Shown: positions 1 to 11,559 of the stretch, in pieces
Layout of the letters: each line of letters starts with the position of its first letter
Numbering within the stretch: the stretch's first letter is position 1
Source of the DNA: Chrysemys picta bellii
Taxonomy: Eukaryota
Assembly: GCF_011386835.1 (NCBI RefSeq)
Contig: NC_088796.1
Location: 55,862,001-55,926,000, forward strand
Direction: 5' to 3'
Length of the DNA stretch: 64,000 nucleotides
The notes under the pieces: model-generated
What the model was told of the DNA's origin: nothing
The model's input: only the letters and a program-made list of their open reading frames with translations
Databases searched by the model: none
Position numbers and translations under genes: made by a program

Positions 1-1011
1 GGTGTACAACTGGAGAAGAGCCAGCTTTGCTGGCTTTATGCCATTGGAGAGTTTCCCTCAGACTGGCAGCTGCAGCCAGATTCCGGCTTCTTCCCACTGA
101 AACAGGGGCAGAGAATCTGCTCCAAGATTCCTTGAAGATGCTCTTCTTCCCCCAGACTCTGTATCAAAGTAGCAACATTTTACAGGGGAAAAGCCCCATT
201 GGACCCTCTGTTTTCATCTAAGTAAAAGAAATCAAACTCATAACCCTGACAGAAACTTTATTTTATTTTGGATAGTTTACACAGCTCTCTGTGTAAAAAA
301 AGGATTGGAGGTATAAAATTTGCAATCCTCTAGGGAATTGATTTATTAGAGAGAGACGGTTCCTCACTGATGGTTATCTGTCTCACCTAGTTTGACTCAG
401 TCAGCAGGCTGTATTTGTGTGTCGAGCTGACATGGGAACTGCATTACCAGTCAGCCCGAAATATTGTCATTGGCAGGGTAACGGAGGTACCCTATGCTTG
501 TACGGTAGCTGTCTGCCCTGTACCTAGCCTTTGGATAAACAGAGGATTTGCAAGGCTGTCACTATTTCAACCTTTAGATACACGTCTCTATTCCTTCAGA
601 ATACTGTATGTCTTTTATATGCAGACCTCAGCAATAACCAAGAAAAGTCTTTCTGGTTTAAATTAGAAAGATCAGCTAGCTGAACTGGGCAAACTGAACT
701 GCACATTGAAGTCACATTTAGGAGACCCATCTCCCTCGCAATATTTTGCTCACTCCATGAGAGTAAGTTAAAAATGCAGTTGTTTTAATATGCTATTTAG
801 ATAAAATTTTAAATAAATTAAATAGTTTTGAGAACACCATTGTAGAAACGATATTTTAAAGGGTTTGGGGAAATTAGCCAAGAGAATACATTTATGCACT
901 CCAATCCTTTGCAGTAAAGAAAAACTTAAAATAAACAATTCTACGAACCGTTACCTTGGAGGAAAGTGGGGCAAATTCCCGGTCCACAGCAAGCTGGTTA
1001 TTAGAAAGAAT

Positions 1012-1083
1012 GGGTGAAAACCTGGCCCCACCGAAGTCAATGGAAGTTTTGCCATTGACTTCAACAGGGCCAGGATTTCACCC
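1012..1083. mobile_element. Short palindromic MITE (PIF/Harbinger-like termini GGG...CCC)
   Basis: 72-bp imperfect palindrome, 27 of the first 32 positions pair; core gaagtcaatgg...ccattgacttc; flanked by 3-bp direct repeat AAT (1009-1011, 1084-1086). Confidence 0.75.
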
Positions 1084-1127
1084 AATATATTGGTACGAGT
1101 TGATCTTTAGACTTTAACCCTGTAGTC

Positions 1128-1777
1128 AAGAGGTTCTCAAACTGTGGTCCGTGGACCACCAGTGGTCCGCGAGCTCCATTCAGGTGGTATGCAGATAGTT
1201 CCCTCTAAGGTGTGCGCAGGCATGGCTCCACAAATTAGTTGCCTGTACCCTGGGGAAGGTGCACATATAAGATGAGGTGGTGGCCTTGGGGGGGGGGGGG
1301 GGTTGGTGGGAGGGGGCAGTGGGATGAGAAGAAGGGAGTGGGGGGAATTTGAGATGTGCAGGGCTGTGGCGCCAGAGAAAGAGGAGACTTTCCCCAGATC
1401 CAGGGCTGTGGATGCTGGGGAGAGATGACCCTCCTTCCCAGCCTCTGCTCTGTGGCTGCTGTGGCGGGGGAGAAAGGGAGAAACCCCTCTCCTTCCCAGC
1501 CCCAGCTCCGGGACTGCTGCGGCGAGGGAGAGAGGGCACATCCATCGCATTAGAAAGGTAAGACTACTGATATTAAAATCTGAGTTGTGTGCTTTTATTT
1601 GTAGAACAAAAAAAGTTAATTGTTATTAAGTTTTTTGTATATAGAATTTTTATTCAAAGTGCTTTACAATAGTTAACTAATGGTACAAACAACATTTGGA
1701 AAGATCATTAAGTGGTCCGCAAGAGACCCTCGGCAATTTTCAAGTGGTCTGTGAAAAAAAAAGTTTGAGATCCACTG
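1128..1777. mobile_element. Non-autonomous hAT (Charlie/MER5-like termini) MITE with GC-rich core
   Basis: TIRs aagaggttctcaaac / gtttgagatccactg; 8-bp TSD ctgtagtc / ctgcagtc (7/8). ORFs at 1137-1561 are low-complexity frames inside it. Confidence 0.85.
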
Positions 1778-2437
1778 CTGCAGTCCATTTTATCCAGCTG
1801 GTCATGAGATGATTTTTACACTTCATGAGGAGTGAATGATCATCTTGTGGGCACGGAAGATGACTGTGATGCTCAATATCATCACACAGCTTCTGTTGTT
1901 GTGTGGTGTGTTGTCACTTATCTTTAAAAGAGAAAATACAAAAGCCATATTTTTCTTTTTATTTATCTGTTCATATGCAAACTCTAACATAAAGTAGTAT
2001 CACTGCTTATAACTATCACACTTAATTATGCTTCATGTGCTGAATTAGAGATGTGAATGTCACTCAAGTGATTCTTGCACACTTTATGATAGATATTTAA
2101 TCCAAAAACCTGAAGAAAACAGATCATTTAATTTTCTAATCAGTTTACCAGATACAGAATGTGAGGCATGGAAATATTGTGAGCATTTTCTATGTTTTTT
2201 AATGAAGTGTTATTACAATGGGAGGCGGATGTTGCAGCCCAGCTGTTGCAGTGCGCAGCAGTGGCTTTTGTGTTTTGCACGGAACTTTGTGTGTCAGCTT
2301 GTGGCAAAACTCCAGCCCTCCAACCAAGGATGTCTGACAACAAACTGCTGTTCGAAATATAAGTTGTTTTTTTTCTCCAATGGATAAACACCTCAAAAAT
2401 TTCAGAGTGACAGTTTGAACATTTCTAGGGGGAAAAA

Positions 2438-2489
2438 ATGCAGTGTTGTTTGTTTACGTTCTTTCTTTCTTATGTTGTTTTACAAAGGT
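2438..2489 (+). CDS. Candidate first coding exon encoding a hydrophobic signal-peptide-like segment (MQCCLFTFFLSYVVLQR, phase 1); host gene not recognised
   Basis: ATG with A at -3, 17 codons + 1 nt, then GGT|GTAAGT donor at 2490. No homology recognised; could be chance in T-rich DNA. Confidence 0.2.
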
Positions 2490-5400
2490 GTAAGTCTTAT
2501 TTTTTTTTCAGTTGTGGCTCTCTGTGCTTCTGTGTATGGAGGATATGTAACAAAATCTGTTTTCACTAGAGTATGTTTGCCTCCTTAACAATTCTACCAT
2601 TTGGGTTGTTTTTTCCTCCCTTAAAGTTAATCTCTTAAATTGATAATATTCTGTGGAGATGTAAGTTTTATGTTTTCCCTGAAAGTTGGAACATGTTCTT
2701 GCTTTCAGTGTGTAGCGTCTAAGGTAATGAGGAACATTCCATTAACAGTTATGCAAATGTATGTGTCAAATCCCCAGAGGGAACAGATGCCATGCATGCA
2801 ATATTTACTCCAGACATCTAAAATCCAGCACCATTGTTCATTCAATCTGTTTTTGAAGCAAAGGAAAATGTACAAAGATCATTCTGCATTAGGGTGAAAA
2901 GGTATATGAAGCAGTAAAAGTCAAACTTTACATTTGGACAATTGGATTACATGACATGGGGTAGATGTTCATCATTTGCCATGGACTCCAGGTCATCAAG
3001 TCTGGTTACCTACACTTCATTTATAGTCTTATTAATCAAATAAACATATATATATTTGAAGAAAGTGCATGCTTTCTTTCCCCAAATTATAGCATTATAG
3101 CATTATTGACAAATGACAGAGTGAGTGAAGCAGTTACTCAACGCTTTGAAAATTAAGATAAATATCCCACCTTAGAAAGGCATATATATACACATGTCTT
3201 ATGAACAGAGCATGTACTAATTCTTTAGAGCTGTTGCTATTTGAAGTGAAAATGAGAGTGTGTGTGTAGAATGTTGGGACATGAGGTTAGAATTGTAACT
3301 CACTAAAGACAGCTACAGGACTTAGAAATTGCTTTGGTTTGAAAGGTATTATTTCATATTGATTTCATAAAATAACAGAGAGGTGTGTTTCTTGTGTAAT
3401 ATAACTAGGAAAAATAGTTGTTGTCCTATGAGGGGAAAGGTATCGATAGTTTGAATACTCACAGCCACATATTGAATATATTGCCTCTGATGTCATTTAA
3501 CCCAGGGTAAAGTCAGCAGAGTTACTAAAGTGTAAAATCAGTGTAACAAAAAGCAGAGCCACTCCCATGTTCTCTGTGTTGTTGTTGAGTAAAATCTTGG
3601 AAAGTATTCTTTCCTGCGTATATATGTTTACGATTCACAGCTCACAGAGGTTTGAATAGTTTACAGTGATCCAGCATACAATTGCCATGAAAAGATAGGG
3701 CTTAGGGTTCTGGGTACTGTTTTGAGGTGATGAACACTTTCATTTCCCACTGTCATCAATGGGAGTTGTTTGTCTTGTAGGAGCTAACCCATACTGAAGT
3801 ACTAAAGTTCCCTACAAAAGTCGGTACGCAAATATGTCCATATTGTGCCATCGGTTTTTAAGTCTGACTCACCATTGATTTCAATGTGAAGTCTTGCATT
3901 AAAAAACTTGATGGCTAGTAATCTGAGAAACTATTTCACACATCTATCCAATCCAGGTTGCCCATATTCCTGATGGATCCTAAAGGATCCCACTCAACAT
4001 TTGTCCTCACTTTTACCCAACTGTCTTCATGGTCCTACCTCACTATGACAGTCCTTCCAATAAAGGGACATTTAAAAAATATTGCTTATTTGTCCCAAGA
4101 GGTTGCTGTTGAATGTCATAAAGTACTTCCTAACTTCCAGGTCTTGAGCAGCCTGCCTTCACAGCAGTCCCAGCTTCTCCGTATGACACCAGAATGGGCA
4201 GGGCCAGCCCACAACATTTGGCACCTGAGGCGGGGAGCTCAAATGAAGCCCCCATGCCCCCTCGCTTGGGCCAAAACTTTGAAAGATCTCAATTGTGCCT
4301 TCTTCCTGTTCTACTCCTCTCATGGTACTGCTCTGCTACCTACCCCAATAAAGGAGAACTAACAACTTAAAATGCCTTGTTCAAAAATTTTAAGTAACAC
4401 TTAACTTTCAAATGCCTGAATAGCAAATGTAACTTTTCTTGTCTGCATAGTAAGCACTGGCATTTTTATGTGCTTGAATAATCAAAGTGGTGCTTTCCGT
4501 GCCTTCTTGGTTGCAAAGATTTGAACTGCTTCCTGAAGGTCCACAGTCTGGACAAGTTCATGGTCTATTGAGATGGTTGCAAGACTCAGCCTCTTCTGTG
4601 TCATTGTGGAGTGTAGATGTGTTTTTATTAACTTCAGTTTGGAGAAGCTGCGTTCTCCACTGGCAACTGTTACAGGAAGTGTTAGAAGTATGCGCAGAGC
4701 AACAAAAGCATTTAGAAAGAGGGTGGTCATCTTATTTGTGCACATATATTTCAGAACAGCCTTTGGAGTTGATCCTGCTGACATGTATCTTGAAAGGGCT
4801 TTCAGTTCATCTCCTAAATCACTCGCATCAAAATCAAGAATGTCATCATGTGTCAACACTGTCTCTAGTGCCCTGCATTGCTGGTGTAGGTGTTCTTCAG
4901 GTATAGTGAGGAGTTTGGAATATCATACAACATCCAAAATATACTGCTGTGTTCCTTGAGCTGCACGAAACGTTCTTCGACTGACTGTATTGTACAATCT
5001 AGCACCTAGTTAAAGAATTCAACTTTGAATTGTTGTTTGGAGTCCCTTATGGGATTATCCTGTGCCTCGTAATCAAAATGTCTTCTTCTTCGGTGACTCT
5101 TGTATTCTTGAATGGGTGGGGAAACAGCTTCAGTGTGAAATTCTTCTGACAACTTCTGTGCACTCTTCAGAACATTTTGAGATCCTTCATCTGACCGGTA
5201 AGATTGTAAGTATGACTTTGCTTTGTCCCAGTTGTTCCATTGCTCCAGATATATCAAGGTCAACACCTTGGAGTCTCTTGCTTACAACATTTATTTCAAA
5301 CAGCATGTCATGCCACAACACTAAGCCACACAGAAATTGGAAGCTATGTATGTTTCTGGTGATTCCATTTCCCTCTGCCACTGTTCTCCCACGAACAGTT

Positions 5401-6368
5401 CCTGTCATAGCATTATCCTCCATAATGGCAATTATGTCATCATTTATCTTCCCAATTTGGTGTTTGATAGGCTTTATCACCTCCACTCGACTTTCCCATC
5501 ATGTGTCACGCCGTGGTTTCAGTGTCAGGATGTTCCCAGATGTTCCCAGATGTTCAAAATTTGCCATTGATGAGTTGATGCAGAGAAAAATACATAGATG
5601 CTTTGAATTACATTAAAATATTCAGCAGCCTCACTAGAAGCTGATGCTGCATCACTGACCACCAAGTTCAATGAATGAGAACTTAATGGGACAAAAAAAG
5701 CTCAAGGGTTTAACTCTCAGATCCGTGTCTGCACTCCTCTGTTCTTTCCTCTCATGTTGGCACCATTATTGTAGCCCTGACCTCTTATGTCAGCTATCGT
5801 AATTCCCGTATCTTCCAGCTTTTTTAAAAGCACATTTGTCATACCAGCTCCTGTAATATCATCAATGTCAATAAATTCTAGAAAATGCTCTCTGACAGTC
5901 ACCATTGCAGGGACATTTTCACTAGGTTCTGTTGTTGTTACAAAACACACCATTAAAGTCATTTGTTCCGTAAGGCTGATGTCAGGTGTGCAGTCCAGAA
6001 TAACAGAGTAATATCTTGCTGACTTCAGATCTACCACAATCTTCTCTTTGACTTTTGTTGTAGATAACTGTATGATCTCATTTTGAATTGCTTTTCCAAG
6101 GTAGTGGTGTGTGAACATTTCTTGGGTGGTTACTCCTCTTAGATGCTCCTGGAGTACAGCATCAAACTCAGCCATCAGCACCACAATTTTAAGACAGTTT
6201 CCATTGTTTGGCACATACAGCTGATCTGAGGTGCCTTGCAGTGCTAGGTTTTGGGTAGCAAGCATTCTCACAATGGCAATGAGCCTTTTCAGAACATTTT
6301 GCCAGTAAAGAGACTCTGATGCAATCTTCTCTTGATGCTGATCATTTATGGTGGCCTTTAATCTTAGT

Positions 6369-6511
6369 TTTCAGAGTAGCAGCCGTGTTAGTCTGTATCC
6401 GCAAAAAGAAGAACAGGAGTACTTGTGGCACCTTAGCCACATTTAACAAATTAACAAATTTATTAGAGCATAAGCTTTCGTGGACTACAGCCCACTTCTT
6501 CGGATGCAATC
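6369..6511 (-). mobile_element. Penelope-like element terminal (pLTR) fragment nested in the hAT transposase
   Basis: Matches the recalled turtle Penelope terminus tttcagagtagcagccgtgttagtc...ttcggatgca; flanked by an 11-bp duplication ttaatcttagt (6358-6368, 6512-6522). Confidence 0.85.
6468..6507 (-). ncRNA. Minimal hammerhead ribozyme motif (Penelope type), core variant CCGAAGA
   Basis: Minus strand reads GCAU-CCGAAGA-A-GUGGGCU gu AGUCCAC-GAAAGCUU-AUGC: stem I GCAU/AUGC, 7-bp stem II, GAAA, palindromic AAGCUU helix III. Confidence 0.65.
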
Positions 6512-8300
6512 TTAATCTTAGTCTCATCTCAAGCTCTTTCCACCTATGGAATGCTCTCTGGTGATTTGCTGCTTTCTCATGGCAGTTTTTCACTTGCTGT
6601 GACCCATGCAGTACAAGGAAGTCCATCAGGCTACTGTTCAAGTGGTTCCACAGTCCGGGATCATCTAGACTTAAGGAACTAAACTCAGCAGCAGCTGTTT
6701 CTTGCGCCTCCACCACACTCTTCTCTGATCTACACTTTTCTTCAGGAATGTGCATGGTTACATCCATTTGAGATGGCGATATGGATGCGGCAGTAGCTGC
6801 TAGGTCACCTGCACTCTGACTAACTGGAAGATTAGGCATCTCCTCACCACTCACATCCTCACTGGGGCCGGAAGGCTCACCGTGAACATTTGTGTCTCTG
6901 TATCTCAGGAGAGCTCCTTCCTGCTTAGATAGAAAAGCTTCCTTTGCTTTCTTTCTTTTTCTGAATGCTGCCCCAGAGGAGTGTTTTCTTCTTTCACTCA
7001 TGACTGCTGTTCTGTGCCAGCTATAGTGGCTCTCAACACTCAATTGTAGGGGACAAATAAGCAGGCTGGTAGCAGGGCCTGAGTGAGGGAAGATATCAGC
7101 ATCTTAAGGGCCTAACTGGCTCCTACAACTTCAGTTGACTGCCTGTTCTCCTCAAGTGGGTTCAGGGAAGCAGCAGGAAACAGGAAGCTCCCTGAGAAGC
7201 TGGTGTTAATCAGTCCAGGCTCCTGGAGGTACTAGAGAGGTACATAAGAGGCTCCTCCTCCTCTCTCTCCCTGCAGCTCCTGCTGCTTTCTGATATTCCC
7301 TCTCACCTTTTCTCCTGCCTGCCTGTTATGTCTCGTGTGCCCAGCACAGCACTCCACCATCTCTGTGCATCTATAGCAGAAAGAATACATATACACCAGC
7401 AGCAGACACAATTTTCTACACTCTGGGTCCTAGTAGCGCGCCCCCCCTCCTCCCCCCCACCTCCAGTCTGGCACCTGAGGCGGCCGCCTCAGTTCACCTC
7501 ATGGTAAGGCCAGCCCTGAGAATGGGGCTGGGAAGAGCAGAGATTGATATCTCCTGTATTTGGAACCAAACTCAGGGTTCCTACCTGGCATGGCCTTACC
7601 TTTTTTTGAACATGGTACTTCGCAAAATGTCTGAAATAACAACAGGGCTTTTTACTGCTTAATACAATTACTCAAAATTAAGGGATGGGGAGATATTTTG
7701 TTAGGGGTGAGGTTTAAATTGGGAGAAGCTAATCAAACTTACAGTGGGTTATCTTTCTTTTTAAAATTATTTATTTTATTTATGTTTAACTGAATGACTA
7801 TCTGGAATTCTTATCATTATCCTTTAGATAAAAATCTTCGTTCAGAGTCTCACAGCTCACACTAGAGTCAGAGGGAGCTGTGCACATATAATAATTGGGG
7901 TTCTGAAATTGTGCCAAGTAGTTCAATTGACAATTACTAAAATTATTTATTGAAACTGGCATTTCATCAGTTTTGAATATTATTGATCTAGGGTTCAGAT
8001 TTCTATAAATATAGATACTCTCACAGCTTCTAGAAGTATGCTCTGATATATACCCAGGAATGCTATTACTTTGTTAATATTCCAAATCTGAAAATAATTA
8101 TCACTGAATTGTTTTATATTTTGCTGAAATTGGATTCAGTCACACACAATGATATTAATGTGAAGTGTTTGCTAATCTAGTATTTGGGAATTTAGCAGGC
8201 CAAGAAATCAGTAAGAACCATGTGATTTTCAACCAGAAGTAAAATAACAAACCAAGAATCTCTCAGTACTGCACAGGACTCTAATTAAAAGAACAGAGCT

Positions 8301-8339
8301 CTTAACACATTTGCATTATTTTTCTCTCTTTAGGTAAGT
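8301..8339 (+). other. Candidate recursive splice site (branch point, polypyrimidine tract, TAG|GTAAGT)
   Basis: cttaac at 8301-8306, 13 uninterrupted pyrimidines at 8319-8331, AG at 8332-8333, GTAAGT at 8334-8339, in non-repetitive-looking DNA. Confidence 0.45.
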
Positions 8340-9079
8340 TAGGTGTTCCCTAATCTAAAATGCCTAGACTTGCATTTAGTCTTCATGCATCTCATCTGGA
8401 CAGAGACTAATTGCGTAACTAATTATTTTTCATAATTAACCTCCTAACACTGTAGCTGGCTCATTTGTTTTTAAGATGTTAATAATACTGTTGGCCAGAG
8501 AAACTGATGCAATCTGGATCTTTGCTATCACTGGAGTGGTTCAAAGCAGTCCAAGTGTACCAGTTTGTCTGTTGCTGCATTTATAAATGAATCTTCTCTA
8601 ATATGAAAATATATGTAAGAAAAACTAAATCACATATGCCCAATCCTACATTGGAATCTATTTATAAAGTCCTCTGCAGCTATGTTGGAGTCCCATTAAC
8701 TTCAGTGGGAGTCCACATGGCACAGCGAACCACAGTGGTGGATTCCTATGCAGGATTATTGTACAACTGTACAGTATTATTTCCTACAAGCATGGGTTTC
8801 CATTAGATTCCTCTTTAGATAGAATTTTCAAAAGTACACACCATTGGCCTACCGGCTGTTAATAAAATCAGCCATTAACTTCAGTAGAAGTAGAATAGAA
8901 GCAACACGAAGCATGTTTGAAAATCCCACCCTGCATGTGTAAAATGTTTTTCAAGGTAATACATAGGACATCTTGCTATTAGAATTCATGAGAGAGTTTC
9001 CTGGGTTATGGCAGCATTTGCACTCATGTCTATTCATATTTTCCACCAAAATTGCATTAAAGCAAATAAATATTTGTTT

Positions 9080-9290
9080 AACTGTATATAGCACTTCACA
9101 TTTCAAAGCAGGTATATATATATTAAAAAAAATCCATACAACATTCCTATCAGGTTGGTAAAATAATGTTATCTGTATTTTACGGATGGGAAAACTGAAG
9201 TTCTAAAAGTTAAGTGATCAACACAAGGCCACATAGCAAACAAGCAATAGAATTAAGATTCCTTACTCCCTGTTCCATGATTAATCTGTA
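9080..9290 (-). mobile_element. MIR-type CORE-SINE relic
   Basis: Antisense core ttttacggatgggaaaactgaag...aagtgatc...aaggccacatagc. Confidence 0.6.
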
Positions 9291-11559
9291 GAATGTGTTA
9301 ACTCTAAAATCTAGATAACAACCAAGTTTTCATTGTCAAAATAAAATGTACAGTTCCCTCTTCTACTTTATTTTATTTACAGACTACATATATGATTGGA
9401 TAGGTTATTGGGTTTATAATATGCTACTCAAAGAGCATTCAAAATGAGGTTTGGTTAACTGGTATATACAGTTCATTGGCATTCCCCTTATTTTGATCAG
9501 ATAAAGAAATAGTTCACAGTGTTATGTATATTATTTATTTTGCAGAGGTGAGTTCCCCTTTCCCTCCACCAATGAGGCAGCTACCACTAGTGTAGAATGC
9601 ATAAGAACTGCCTGGATTCATGAGAGAAAAACTGCCTCAGCACAATGGGCTCATGGCTGATGCTCCTAATGCTGCAAAAAACTAGTCAGCTCCATATTCT
9701 CTGCTTCTGGAACTAATGCATGCTCTTGTAAAATACAAGTAGAGACATATTCTGGATCTTCAGCTAGCTAGTGAAGATGCTAATCTACTGAAAAGGGGGG
9801 AAAAAAACCAAAATATTACCAAGACTAGCTGTAGCCTTGTTTAAAAAAATGACATGGTAGTGGAACAAGATTTTTTTATTGTAGCAGGAAATGCAGTGAA
9901 TGACACTCAGCATAGTGATTCTCAGTCGCTCAGAGCAGCTCCCAATAGTGTTCGATTGGAGTAAAGAAATGCTCTGCTCCTTTTCTAAGTTAAAAAAAAT
10001 TCTGAATTATCTTACAATTTTGGATTTGCTTTTTTTTTACGCTCTGAGGAAATGTTTAGGGTCATACGTGTTAGATCGATGGGATGCAGAATGGATTTGA
10101 GACCAAAAAGTTTCCCAGGAAGGAGGGGAAGACAACTGAGAGAAGGCAGTGGAGGATAGGAACTGGTAGGTGATGGAAAAGGAGAAGCTTGGGAAGGGTA
10201 TGAAGAAGTCATATAGGAGGGAACTTGGAAAAGTAGAGAAAACAAATTAAAGTAATTACTGTTAATAAACCTAAAATATTTCACTACACTTTTGTTTACA
10301 TCACTTTAATTTCCAAGTATTTTATTGATGTAAAATATGTTAACCCACAGGTTATTCAGTGTTATTCTCCCCCTCAATAATATAGCAGCAGGGCATTTTA
10401 AAATCTCAGTAAGACATCTCAGTGTATCTCAAACATTTACAACATCTTCTTGAGTGACCGTGGTACTTGGCCTTCAGTTTCCAACCTCACAACCCAAGGT
10501 GTGGCATGATCCCAGCATGCTGTCCTGTCTTATTGCTTAACTACACCCACTTCTAAAATTACCACACCACCACTGGGGGTGAATGAATGCAACATAACAA
10601 TTGCAGTTTGGCAGTTTTAAAGGAAATGGCATAGGGATTTAATTAGACCCTCTACATGAACTTCTTAGATTCCTAGAGAGATTTTTATTCTAACAGAAGC
10701 AGATGTGAAATATAGTGTCAGAGTTAGGGTTGTTTTGCATGCTTATATGTATAATTTCAGATACAGTGAAACAGACAGTAGTTAGAGATCTAAACTGCAA
10801 ACCAAATGACAGACTAGTTCAGGAATTGTCTGCATTGTCTCTCCACAGTCTTCTGATACAGTAGGTGTATTAAAATGACAATCAGAATACTGTTAAATGG
10901 CTATCAGGCTGAACAGAAAAGTCATAGCTATGTGACATAGCTTTCATCTCTGTGGGAACTGGGGCTTACTGAATTGTATTGAAAGAATATTAGATGCTTC
11001 AGCCTTGTTCTGAAGAGTTACAGTTTCTGCAAGATTGAAAGGAAGACAAAACCCATGTAATCTGTGTTGGTTATCTGGCACTTATAATGAATGAGAAGTA
11101 TGAACATTTTCTTGGGATCTGCAGGAAATTGACAGTGTTCACATAAAGAGATGGTGAAATGCTGAACTTGTACTGTACAAATACTGAAAGATAGGCTTCT
11201 CCAATCATGGGGTTGACTCACAACTAACAATATGAGAGTCAAACACTAAAAGGACTAGATTAAGTTGGAATGGAGTCTGATGGTGACAAATGGCCCATAA
11301 AAATGGACTGCTTCATAAAGGGAGGGTATTACTCCAGAGCATTCTCCTCTAACTGGAAGGATAAAAATAAAGTGACCACAATTCTGAGAAAATATTGTTG
11401 TAAACATATTATAAAGTGACCAGCTTGTCAAATTGGTAAACAAAAGTTAATAATGGTCTCTGTGAGTTGTTGAAATACTTTGAGGACAAGCTCTCTCAAA
11501 TTTGGATCCAGGAGTCAAAATTCAGACTGAGCTCCATGTCCTTGGGAACTGTCTGCTTG

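Larger units (their letters stand above)
4482..7001 (-). pseudogene. Disrupted hAT transposase (ZMYM1-like, DUF4371 + hAT C-terminal dimerisation domain)
   Basis: Minus-strand ORF pieces in N-to-C order: MSERRKHSSGAAFRKRKK (ATG 7001); YYSVILDCTPDISLTEQMT and RGQGYNNGANMRGK (5717-6271); LQGVDLDI (5187-5486); 5006-5266; LRILLTLPVTVASGERSFSKLKLIK...RL (4482-4859). Several frameshifts, deletions and one nested insertion. Confidence 0.92.
4199..7518 (-). mobile_element. Full-length hAT DNA transposon (Tip100/ZMYM1-like clade)
   Basis: TIRs cagggccagcc / ggccagccctg; perfect 8-bp TSD agaatggg (4191-4198, 7519-7526); subterminal motif ggcacctgaggcgg near both ends; internal transposase fragments. 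Confidence 0.95.

Noticed and set aside
1137-1561. Overlapping Pro/Gly-rich ORFs (also 20647-21565, 39116-39675, 57782-58159)
   Set aside because: All lie inside TIR/TSD-bounded GC-rich MITEs, where stop codons are scarce; no domain recognised.
4487-5616. Long + strand ORFs (139, 128, 184 aa)
   Set aside because: Antisense shadows of the minus-strand transposase.
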